NCBI GenBank assembly: GCA_028713935.1
Contig: JAQTNI010000016.1
Location: 1-26,741 of the forward strand
DNA: 26,741 nt
Source of the DNA: Candidatus Iainarchaeum sp.
GTDB lineage: Archaea; Iainarchaeota; Iainarchaeia; Iainarchaeales; GCA-2688035
Reading direction: 5' to 3'
In this document: positions 8,059 to 15,083 of the stretch, one piece after another
Layout: each line of letters opens with the position of its first letter
Numbering within the stretch: position 1 is the stretch's first letter
Made by a program: the position numbers and the translations under genes
Notes under the pieces: model-generated
Databases searched by the model: none
Told to the model about the DNA's origin: nothing
The model's input: only the letters and a program-made list of their open reading frames with translations

Positions 8059-8355
8059 GCAATTATTTTCCTTTTTCTTTTTTGTTTCCGCTTTTGCTGT
8101 TTCTTTTATTTCTACTTTTGTGCTGATTGCCTGGCCAGGCAATCCGTTTGGGAATTTTGCCCTTACAGCGCCCTTGTTTCCGTGGGCTGAAAGGATTTTT
8201 CCGATTGATTCTGAATTTTTGCCTTTCCAAACAACTTTTTTTCCTGCAAGCGCAGAGGCTTTTGCCCTTGAATCAATTCCATTCACAATTATTATGAATT
8301 GTTTTGGATGCGCAGTATTGACTCCGCGCCTGTAGTTTTTCAGTATTCCTTCCAT
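8041..8355 (-). CDS. rpl35ae: 50S ribosomal protein L35Ae
   Basis: MEGILKNYRRG...KKVVWKGKNSESIGKILSAHGNKGAVRAKFPNGLPGQAISTKVEI matches L35Ae (compare Pyrococcus ...[22 protein letters not shown]). A roughly 20-aa Lys-rich C-terminal tail overlaps the end of the convergent gene by 18 nt. Confidence 0.85.
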   Translation of the reverse strand: MEGILKNYRRGVNTAHPKQFIIIVNGIDSRAKASALAGKKVVWKGKNSESIGKILSAHGNKGAVRAKFPNGLPGQAISTKVEIKETAKAETKKKKENNCLSSSE

Positions 8356-8535
8356 AACACCACAAACCAATTAAATCAAAAAAGAATTTGAATTTATTCG
8401 CCAAACAATAAACTATTCTTAATTCGGAAGCTTTAAAAACAAATGCAAAACAGTTTTTGGTTTTGCGCGGGTTCATGCGAATTGATGGAATTGTTTTTTT
8501 AACCTTACCAGGCATTTTATTATCTGGATTGGTTT

Positions 8536-9204
8536 ATGTTAATTGCTGGCATTGATGAGGCGGGAAGAGGCCCTGTTTTGGGGCCAATGGTGTTGGCTGT
8601 TGCAAGCATTGAAAAAAGCCAGGAAGAGCTGCTCATAGAAATTGGGGTTAAAGACTCAAAATTATTGACAAAAAACCAGAGAGAAGAGCAGCTTGGCCCG
8701 ATTAAAAAAGCCCTTTTGGAATTTGCCACAATAAAAATTTCTCCCCTGGAAATTGATTCTTTGCGCACCTGGAAAAGCCTGAACGAAATAGAGGCAATGC
8801 GCATTGGCGCGCTTCTGAATGGCCTCAAGGAAAAGCCGGAAATTGTTTTTATTGATTCTCCAGACATAAAACAGGAAAATTTTGGCAAGCGCATAAAAAA
8901 ATACATTAATTTTGAAACAATCCTGCGCACAGAGCACAAGGCAGACATTAATTATCCAATTGTTTCGGCTGCAAGCATTATTGCAAAAACAGAGCGCGAT
9001 TCTGCAATCGCAGAGCTTGCCGAAAAAGCCGGCTGCACAATCGGAAGCGGCTATCCGCATGACCCTGAAACAATATGCTTTTTGAACGATTGCATGAAAA
9101 AAAACAATCAGCTTCCCGATTTTGCCAGGAAAACCTGGCAAACTTCACAGGGAATGCTTGACAAAAAATTCCAAAAAAAGCTGGCAGGTTGGAAAAATGA
9201 CTGA
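8536..9204 (+). CDS. rnhB: ribonuclease HII
   Basis: MLIAGIDEAGRGPVLGPMVLA (DEAGRG catalytic motif), DSKLL, IDSPD, KAD..YPIVSAASIIAK and GSGYPHDP. Confidence 0.9.
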   Translation: MLIAGIDEAGRGPVLGPMVLAVASIEKSQEELLIEIGVKDSKLLTKNQREEQLGPIKKALLEFATIKISPLEIDSLRTWKSLNEIEAMRIGALLNGLKEKPEIVFIDSPDIKQENFGKRIKKYINFETILRTEHKADINYPIVSAASIIAKTERDSAIAELAEKAGCTIGSGYPHDPETICFLNDCMKKNNQLPDFARKTWQTSQGMLDKKFQKKLAGWKND

Positions 9205-9679
9205 AAAAAAGCCCTTGGACAAAAACGAGAAGCGCATAGCAGGCCTGTTTTTTGACCTGGAAAAAATGGAAAAAGTCCTTGACGAAGTAATGAAAAACCT
9301 TGAGCCGGAAGCAGGCAGCCAGGATGGCAATTACAAGCTTGATTTTTCAATGACAATCTCGCCTGAAGGAGAAATCGCTATTGCGGGAAACAAAAAGCAA
9401 AAACCATTGCTTTCCGATTTCAGGGCGCCATTGGTGGAAATTCTTGACAAGCCGAAAAACATTCTTGTAACAGCGGAAATGCCCGGAGTTGAAGAAAAAG
9501 AAATTCAAGTAAGCCTTTCTGAAAACAAGGCAATTGAAATAACCGCTTCCGGAGAAAAAAAATTTTACAAGCGCCTCGATTTTTCCTGCAATGTGAAAAG
9601 CAATTTTTCAAAAAAATTCAAAAACGGCATCCTTGAACTGAACCTTGAAAAAGAAAAAGCGAGCCAGGCAGAATCATAA
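9197..9679 (+). CDS. small heat-shock protein (Hsp20/alpha-crystallin domain)
   Basis: Start trimmed to the ATG at 9197, which overlaps the rnhB stop by 8 nt. ACD-like PLVEILDKPKNILVTAEMPGVEEKEIQVSL...NGILELNLEK. Confidence 0.75.
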   Translation: MTEKKPLDKNEKRIAGLFFDLEKMEKVLDEVMKNLEPEAGSQDGNYKLDFSMTISPEGEIAIAGNKKQKPLLSDFRAPLVEILDKPKNILVTAEMPGVEEKEIQVSLSENKAIEITASGEKKFYKRLDFSCNVKSNFSKKFKNGILELNLEKEKASQAES

Positions 9680-10282
9680 TGTCTTCTGCTCTTTTTTGAA
9701 ATCAGTCCCAAAATATTCCAAAAATTTTTTTGTTGTCCGCAGGACAAAGCTTCTGCCTTTTTGTTCGCGCGCAACAAAGCCTTCTTCAACTAACCTTGAA
9801 ATATGGTCATAGGCCTTGTTGTTCCTGTATTTTATAACCGCATTCTGCATTATCGGCTGCTTGAAGGCAATCAATGCAAGGGTTTTCATCATTCCCTGGT
9901 GAAACAATGATTTTGCTGCAAAGCCGGAAACAAGAGGCTCCAAATGCGCTTTTACCTGCATTTTGAAGGCATCATCCACCTGCAGAATTTCCAGGGCAGA
10001 ATCTTTTTCATTAAATTGTTTCAAAAAATCCAGTGCAAAATTCTTGACTTCAGTGTAATTTTCAGAGCCAACAATTGCCATTAGGTCTTCTATTGCCAGG
10101 GCATTCGGGCTCATGAAAAGAGCTGCTTCAAACAATTTGTGCCAGTTTTCCTTTGGCTGCGCAGGATTCTGTTTTGAGGCAAAAACAGAGTTATTTTCAA
10201 GTGCCTCAGAAACAGGTTCTTCGCCCTGCACTTCATTTTCTTCAAAAGAAACTTCCTGGTTTTTCTCAATGTCTTCTGCCAT
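9674..10282 (-). CDS. scpB: segregation and condensation protein B (ScpB)
   Basis: LFEAALFMSPNALAIEDL...; TLALIAFKQPIMQNAVIKYRNNKAYDHISRLVEEGFV...GRSFVLRTTKKFLEYFG parallels the ScpB wHTH repeats (B. subtilis LAIVSYKQPITRAEVEEIRG...GRAILYGTTETFLEQFG). Confidence 0.8.
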   Translation of the reverse strand: MAEDIEKNQEVSFEENEVQGEEPVSEALENNSVFASKQNPAQPKENWHKLFEAALFMSPNALAIEDLMAIVGSENYTEVKNFALDFLKQFNEKDSALEILQVDDAFKMQVKAHLEPLVSGFAAKSLFHQGMMKTLALIAFKQPIMQNAVIKYRNNKAYDHISRLVEEGFVAREQKGRSFVLRTTKKFLEYFGTDFKKEQKTL

Positions 10283-10514
10283 ACAATCAAGAATAAATTA
10301 AAAAACCCTTAAAAATGTTTTCAAGCAACCACTTTGTTATGCCTGGTCCAGAAAAACCATTGCGTAGATGGATGCCAAAATTTTCTTTGATTGCAAAGAA
10401 AAGGCTTCCGGCTGGCGCAAGTTTAAGCAGGCCGACAATTCCATTGGAAAATCAGAGGCTAAAGTTTTACAGTGCAAAAGGCAATAATTTTTTTGCAGTT
10501 GAAACACAGGCAAT

Positions 10515-10877
10515 TTGGAAGATAATGAAAGGGTATTGAATGTTTCAATTCAAAAATTGGACAATTCAACGCGCAGGTTTGAATCATTTGTATCTATAGG
10601 CGTTTTTGTGTTTCCCGGCAGGCTTTTTCTTGCTGGTGCAAAAGTCTGGCCCAAAGGCAGGCCAATGCCTGTTAAAGGCCAGAAAAGCGGTTTCAATGTT
10701 TTCAGGCTTTTTTTGAACGAGGCAATTGCAGTTGCAAGGAAAAAAGGCCTGAAAGAAATAGTGTTAAGGGTTGATGAAGACAGAATACAAAGGTATTATG
10801 AAGAATTAGGCTTCAAATTTGATGAAAAGGCATTTGGAAAGGGTAAAAGCAGGTTAGGGAGATTTTTTTTAAAATAA
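10515..10877 (+). CDS. possible small or degraded GNAT-like acetyltransferase
   Basis: The C-terminal part KGQKSGFNVFRLFLNEAIAVARKKGLKEIVLRVDEDRIQRYYEELGFKF resembles GNAT motif A plus the YEKLGF motif. The N-terminal half is poor, and neighbouring frames carry short ORFs (10315-10539, 10540-10599). Confidence 0.3.
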   Translation: MEDNERVLNVSIQKLDNSTRRFESFVSIGVFVFPGRLFLAGAKVWPKGRPMPVKGQKSGFNVFRLFLNEAIAVARKKGLKEIVLRVDEDRIQRYYEELGFKFDEKAFGKGKSRLGRFFLK

Positions 10878-10910
10878 AAAATAGAATTGGCAGCATAAAT
10901 CAAACCGCCT

Positions 10911-10961
10911 TTATTTTTTCTTTTTTGCTTTTTTTTCGCTTCCGCAGCAGCTGCAGCCCAT
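10911..10961 (-). CDS. candidate 16-codon mini-ORF MGCSCCGSEKKAKKKK
   Basis: Hand translation of the minus strand: TAAGGAGGGGAAAAA-ATG GGC TGC AGC TGC TGC GGA AGC GAA AAA AAA GCA AAA AAG AAA AAA TAA. The TAA that begins the SD context is the stop of the upstream gene (10974-10976). GGAGG lies 7 nt before the ATG. It could be coincidental, because the region is a T-run on the plus strand. Confidence 0.25.
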   Translation of the reverse strand: MGCSCCGSEKKAKKKK

Positions 10962-10973
10962 TTTTTCCCCTCC

Positions 10974-11354
10974 TTACTGGTATTGTTCTGGCTTCATGTC
11001 CAAAACAGCGCCTTTGGCGATTTCTTCAACTGCAATTCCCTGCAGGCTGAAACCGACATTCATTCCTTGTTTTGCCACGCCTTTAAGTTTTGATTCAATT
11101 TCCGGGACAAGTATTTTTTTTCCATTGATGCTAAAAGACATGTTGTCTTTTACAACTCCTGAAATGACCTGTGCAACTACATAAATGTCGTCCGTATTGT
11201 AAAAACTTGACACTTTAATGACCTGCAATTTGTTTTCCACATTCGGGTCAATTTTGATGCTGTCTTTTGGGTAAAAAACATGCATCATTGGCGGCACAGA
11301 AAAAGACTGTTTCCCAACTCCAAAGGTTAAACCTGCGAGACTCATGAATATCAC
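10974..11354 (-). CDS. stand-alone EF-Tu domain-2-like (translation-protein beta-barrel) protein
   Basis: YVVAQVISGVVKDNMSFSINGKKILVPEIESKLKGVAKQGMNVGFSLQGIAVEEIAKGAVLD follows the GTP_EFTU_D2 pattern (G.V.sG.lk.g......g....v..i......v..A..G..vg..l.g....i..G.vl). No GTPase domain is present. The start is 11354 or 11345. Confidence 0.5.
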   Translation of the reverse strand: MIFMSLAGLTFGVGKQSFSVPPMMHVFYPKDSIKIDPNVENKLQVIKVSSFYNTDDIYVVAQVISGVVKDNMSFSINGKKILVPEIESKLKGVAKQGMNVGFSLQGIAVEEIAKGAVLDMKPEQYQ

Positions 11355-11653
11355 TACTCCAAATTCTGTTTCAAATTCTGTTCAGAAAGGCAAATTTTAT
11401 GTTGAATTTAATTCAATATTATTAACGGCAACCAAGCATATATAAATTATTTATTCACAATAAAAACCAAAACCTTGTAAAAAGTAAGGATTCCGAATAA
11501 AACTGCTTTTTTTCACCCATCTTTCTGCAAATCCGGTTTTTATTTGCTAAAAATATCGCTTTTCTAATATTTAAACATTTTGCCTGCAAATTTTGCAGGC
11601 CTGCTTCACTGAGAAAAAGAATTTTGAATGCAACTCAATGCCATTTCTTTTTT

Positions 11654-11914
11654 CTATCTTCTTCTGTCTTTTTCTGGTTTGCGCCTGTTAGTGCCCGCAA
11701 AAGATTTTTCCCGGCCATTATACTCGAATGATGCGCCGGTTATTTTTTCCTCTCCTCTTCTTCTTTCTGTGGCTGAGCGCCTTTCTCCGATGCGGGCATC
11801 AGTGCCTCTTAATACTTGTGTGCCGCGCCCAGAAAAAAAGAACTCTTTCCTTTTATGGGGATTAGCAAAACTTTCCAGGCCTTTTCTTCTATCAGTTGGT
11901 CTTCTATGCACCAT
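11654..11914 (-). CDS. hypothetical Arg-rich, highly basic 86-aa protein
   Basis: MVHRRPTDRRKGLESFANPHKRKEFFFSGRG...RRKPEKDRRR. A GGTGGT SD-like motif lies 3 nt upstream of the ATG, 40 nt downstream of scpA on the same strand. Arg codons are mostly AGA/AGG. No family recognised and probably disordered. Confidence 0.4.
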   Translation of the reverse strand: MVHRRPTDRRKGLESFANPHKRKEFFFSGRGTQVLRGTDARIGERRSATERRRGEEKITGASFEYNGREKSFAGTNRRKPEKDRRR

Positions 11915-11954
11915 TTTACCACCAATTAGAATAATTCTCCCTGAGAATTTAAAC

Positions 11955-12701
11955 TTATTCTTTTTCAGGCAGTTTTACGCTTGCTGTCCCTTCGCTTTGC
12001 AGTGCAATGAATATTTCTCTCCAGAATTCTTCCTGCCAGATGTTTATTTTTCCCTTGTTTGTGAGAAAAAGCATTGGAATGAAAACATTCACCATTTCAA
12101 CTGGGTTTTTTCCGGTTATTAATTGTGAAAATCTTGTTATGCCCTGTGAATCTGCTTTTTTTTGGATTAACAAATAGGTTTCTTCTATTTTTTTTTCTAT
12201 GTTTGGCTGGTTCATGCTTAACTTGAATTCGGGAATTTCTTTTTCCCTTAAAATGTTTCCCCTCTGCTTTGTTTTTTCCAGTATTGCCTCTATGTTTGAA
12301 ACAAGCTCGTCCAGAGTAATTTTTCCTGTGCGGAGCTGCCTGCCATGCCTTAATTCGGGAATGTTTTGTTCAAAAAACTGGATTTCTTCTTTTGTCATTT
12401 CTTTTGTTGTTTCATCTTCGTCTTCAATTGAGCTTATGCTTATTGCCCTTGCCTTGAATTTTAAAAGGATTGTTGAGGCGAGAATTGCGTTTGCAGGGAG
12501 CTTTAAATCCGCTTTTTCAAGTGCCTGTATTTTTTGGAAATACTTGTTTGCCAGTTCAGTCAAGTCAATGTCCCAGGGATTCATTTTGTTGCTTTTTACA
12601 AGGTCAATGAGTATTGTTTTCCATGCTGGCTGGTCAACAAGGTCAACAAGGTTAATTGTGCTTTCCCCTGCTCCCTGTTCTGTTCCAAAAGGTGCCTGCA
12701 T
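11955..12701 (-). CDS. scpA: segregation and condensation protein A (ScpA, kleisin)
   Basis: Trimmed to the ATG at 12701. NPWDIDLTELANKYFQKIQALEKADLKLPANAILASTILLKFKA matches the ScpA N-terminal block (B. subtilis DIYDIPVAKITEQYLLYV...LDIASEYLVMAATLLSIKS). A C-terminal winged-helix-like end is present. Confidence 0.8.
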   Translation of the reverse strand: MQAPFGTEQGAGESTINLVDLVDQPAWKTILIDLVKSNKMNPWDIDLTELANKYFQKIQALEKADLKLPANAILASTILLKFKARAISISSIEDEDETTKEMTKEEIQFFEQNIPELRHGRQLRTGKITLDELVSNIEAILEKTKQRGNILREKEIPEFKLSMNQPNIEKKIEETYLLIQKKADSQGITRFSQLITGKNPVEMVNVFIPMLFLTNKGKINIWQEEFWREIFIALQSEGTASVKLPEKE

Positions 12702-12762
12702 GAAAAAATGAAAATGCAAAAGGTTAATAAACAAGAAAGTGGAATATTAATTTGGTTTTTGT

Positions 12763-13473
12763 ATGGAAAGAGTTGCAACCGGAATTCCGGGCCTTGACGA
12801 GCTTTTGAAGGGAGGAATTCCGCGGGGAAGTTCTGTTCTTGTTTCCGGAGGCCCAGGTGCAGGAAAAAGCATTTTTTCAATGCAGTACATTGTAGAGGGG
12901 GCAAGGCTTTACGATGAATGCGGCTTGTATGTGAGCATTGAAAGCAATCCCAAAAACATTATGTGGGACATGGCTTCTTTTAACTGGGATATCAAGAAAT
13001 TCCAGGATAAAAAAATGATTAATATTTACAGGATGAAAATGGGTTACAACAAGGACCCAAAAATGGTTGAGGACAAAATTGACGAGGAGCTTGAAACAAT
13101 CGGCTCAATGATGAAGGAAATGAATGCCAAGCGCCTTGTAATTGATTCCACCACTTCTCTTGGAATCTGGTTTGACAAGGCTATTTTGCGCGCAATGCTT
13201 TTCAAGTTTGTTGATTACCTGAAAGAACTGGATTGCACAACCATTCTTACAAGCGAAGCTCCCAACCTAAAGGAAAGGTTCAGCGCTTTTGGAGTAGAGG
13301 AATTCATAACTGACGGTGTAATTGCTTTGTTTTTCACTCCGCCTTACAGGAGCATTTTTGTGAGAAAAATGAGGGGAACAGCGCATGACAAAAACCTTCA
13401 CCCTTTTGAAATCACTGACAAGGGCATAATGGTGAAGCCAAAAGAAACAGTTTTGTGGGAAGCGACAAAATAA
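12763..13473 (+). CDS. single-domain KaiC-like / RecA-superfamily ATPase
   Basis: TGIPGLDELLKGGIPRGSSVLVSGGPGAGKSIFSMQYI (Walker A), KRLVIDS (Walker B), and VRKMRGTAHDKNLHPFEITDKGI, typical of archaeal KaiC/RadA-like paralogs. Confidence 0.8.
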   Translation: MERVATGIPGLDELLKGGIPRGSSVLVSGGPGAGKSIFSMQYIVEGARLYDECGLYVSIESNPKNIMWDMASFNWDIKKFQDKKMINIYRMKMGYNKDPKMVEDKIDEELETIGSMMKEMNAKRLVIDSTTSLGIWFDKAILRAMLFKFVDYLKELDCTTILTSEAPNLKERFSAFGVEEFITDGVIALFFTPPYRSIFVRKMRGTAHDKNLHPFEITDKGIMVKPKETVLWEATK

Positions 13474-13509
13474 GCCTTTTCTCTAAAGAGAAAAGCCTTG
13501 GGAAAAGAG
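13467..13509. repeat. ~43-nt palindrome-bearing element, copy A (inverted relative to copy B)
   Basis: AAAATAAGCCTTTTCTCTAAAGAGAAAAGCCTTGGGAAAAGAG. Its reverse complement matches 17553-17595 at 39 of 43 positions. The core hairpin is CTTTTCTCT-AA-AGAGAAAAG. It starts within the last codons of the KaiC-like gene. Confidence 0.85.
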
Positions 13510-13510
13510 C

Positions 13511-13529
13511 AGTTTTTCTTCGAAAAACT
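13511..13529. repeat. 8-bp hairpin adjacent to element copy A
   Basis: AGTTTTTC-TTC-GAAAAACT is a perfect inverted repeat. The T-run GATTTTTTTATG follows further downstream, before the next ORF. Confidence 0.7.
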
Positions 13530-13544
13530 ATTGTTGATTTTTTT

Positions 13545-13832
13545 ATGCCGGAACCGATTAGAAAAAGGCGTTTTGTGCAGGGCCAGGATAAACCATTTGA
13601 CCCAAATGTGCATCTTGATTTGCGGTTTGTTTCACGCAGAAAAAGGCAATTAGGCGAGCTTGTTGGCGGAGATCTTGTTCTTTCAAAGAGCGAAGTTGCC
13701 AGATTGAACAAGCCGAGGCCGTATGTTATTCCTTCTTTTAACAAGCCTGGCCATGTTGAATTTGTCAATCGCAGGCGCTATCCAATTCTTTCAAAAGGCA
13801 GAAGAAAAGAAGACAGGGAATTTTCTGATTGA
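13545..13832 (+). CDS. hypothetical basic protein
   Basis: Trimmed to the ATG at 13545 (MPEPIRKRRFVQGQDKPFDPNVHLDLRF...). 95 aa, no family recognised. Its stop lies 1 nt from the stop of the convergent abiEi-like gene. Confidence 0.4.
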   Translation: MPEPIRKRRFVQGQDKPFDPNVHLDLRFVSRRKRQLGELVGGDLVLSKSEVARLNKPRPYVIPSFNKPGHVEFVNRRRYPILSKGRRKEDREFSD

Positions 13833-13833
13833 T

Positions 13834-14430
13834 TTATTCTTCCTTGTATTCTGCCCCCAAAAATTTGTTTATTTTTTTGCGTGTTTTTTTTGAGGTTTTT
13901 TTGAGGTATCCTGAAAGCTTTTTTTTATTGGTTTTTTTCAGCATTTTTTTGCGTGTTTGCCTGTCCAGAGGCTCGTTGAAATAAAAAAAATCAATAAGGG
14001 TTTTTTCAGAATCGGAAATGGGAATCCAAAAATCGGAGTATTTTATCATTTCAATTCCAAAAAACATTTTGCGGCTGATTCTTCTGACCAATACATTTGT
14101 TCCGGCAACTTTTCTAAGTCCTGGCCTGATTTTTCTTGGCGTTATTAAAATTGGAATTGTTCCCTGGTTCCAGAAGCCGTGCAGGGATAATGCATCCTGC
14201 AGGCCAAAGTAGGATGGCTGGATTGCAAAAGCGATAACATTAGGGTCTGTGCCAAAAGAGTATGTTCCCTTTGCAATCCTGAAAATTTCCTTTCTTTTTA
14301 ACAGGTGGTTAAGCAGGACATTAACATATTTTGAAGAAATTTTTTTTTTGGAAAAAAAATTTTTAATGTCCCTGACTGAAAAAACAGGCTTTTTTGAAAA
14401 ATGCTGCCTTAGTTCTTTGGTGTATTTCAT
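13834..14430 (-). CDS. AbiEi-like (COG5340-type) wHTH antitoxin/transcriptional regulator
   Basis: N-terminal wHTH-like FSVRDIKNFFSKKKISSKYVNVLLNHLLKRKEIFRIAKGTYSF, then the PSYFGLQDALSLHGFWNQ... block typical of the AbiEi C-terminal domain, then a Lys-rich tail. ATGA overlap with the upstream gene. Confidence 0.7.
   Translation of the reverse strand: MKYTKELRQHFSKKPVFSVRDIKNFFSKKKISSKYVNVLLNHLLKRKEIFRIAKGTYSFGTDPNVIAFAIQPSYFGLQDALSLHGFWNQGTIPILITPRKIRPGLRKVAGTNVLVRRISRKMFFGIEMIKYSDFWIPISDSEKTLIDFFYFNEPLDRQTRKKMLKKTNKKKLSGYLKKTSKKTRKKINKFLGAEYKEE
13835..13853. repeat. 19-nt perfect direct repeat, copy 1 (3' end of the abiEi-like gene)
   Basis: TATTCTTCCTTGTATTCTG is identical to 15128-15146. 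On the minus strand it encodes ..EYKEE plus TA of the stop. Confidence 0.95.
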
Positions 14431-15074
14431 TGTGAAAGCCTCTGAAGAATTTTTTCAAGCATTGCTTTTGAAGGCGGGGCTATCCCCGAAAAAACAATTG
14501 TTTTCAGGTTTTTTTCGTCAACGGGCACTTTGTAATTTTTAAACAATTTTTCGAGTGCTTTCCGCGATTTTTCTATTTTTTCGGTTTTTGAAGATAAGAA
14601 CCATAGGTCATACAAATCCCTGATTAAGCGCCTGTTCAAAAAGGCATCTACTTTTTCAATAATGAAGCCTTCGATTGAGAGAGTGAAGATTTCTGTTGAA
14701 GAGCCGTCGCTTTTTTCAAAGCTTGCCTGGATTTTTTCCGGGCTTTTTCTTTTTGAAACCTCCAGAGAGACTTCTGTTTGGCTGTTTGAGATTTTTGAAA
14801 AAACAGTGTTTTCGCTTTCCTTGAATTTTTTTAGGATAAGGTTTCGTTTTTTTAATTCGGCTTCAAGTTTTGCCCTGAAGTTTTTTCCTGCAAGCGAGTA
14901 GCAGTCAATATCCTCTGAGAACCTGTTTCCCTGCAGGCAGCGCCAGATTGCTGTTCCGCCGTGCAAAACCGCATTAGGGTCTATGGAATAGAGTATGTCG
15001 ACTGTTTCGTCCTGAAGCTCTGCCAAGCGAACCTGTGACTGCCGCTTCAGCATGTTTTTTAACGGGATTCTCAT
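14427..15074 (-). CDS. AbiEii/AbiGii-family nucleotidyltransferase (type IV toxin-like, DUF1814-type)
   Basis: LHGGTAIWRCLQGNRFSEDIDCYS matches the family signature (LKGGTAL..y...RfSeDiDf). At 215 aa it is shorter than the family members I recall. Confidence 0.7.
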   Translation of the reverse strand: MRIPLKNMLKRQSQVRLAELQDETVDILYSIDPNAVLHGGTAIWRCLQGNRFSEDIDCYSLAGKNFRAKLEAELKKRNLILKKFKESENTVFSKISNSQTEVSLEVSKRKSPEKIQASFEKSDGSSTEIFTLSIEGFIIEKVDAFLNRRLIRDLYDLWFLSSKTEKIEKSRKALEKLFKNYKVPVDEKNLKTIVFSGIAPPSKAMLEKILQRLSQ

Positions 15075-15083
15075 AAATTATAT

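Noticed and set aside
9122-9196. Upstream extension of the hsp20 ORF
   Set aside because: It lies inside the rnhB coding region in another frame. The ATG at 9197, overlapping the rnhB stop, is the more natural coupled start.
11727-11776. AATGATGC ... CTGA as a C/D-box sRNA
   Set aside because: The C box is imperfect, there are no internal C'/D' boxes and no terminal stem, and the region lies inside a plausible protein-coding ORF.
11628-12122. 164-aa plus-strand ORF
   Set aside because: It has hydrophobic low-complexity (Leu/Phe/Ser/Pro-rich) composition typical of antisense reading of AT-rich genes. It overlaps scpA and the SD-preceded minus-strand 86-aa ORF.
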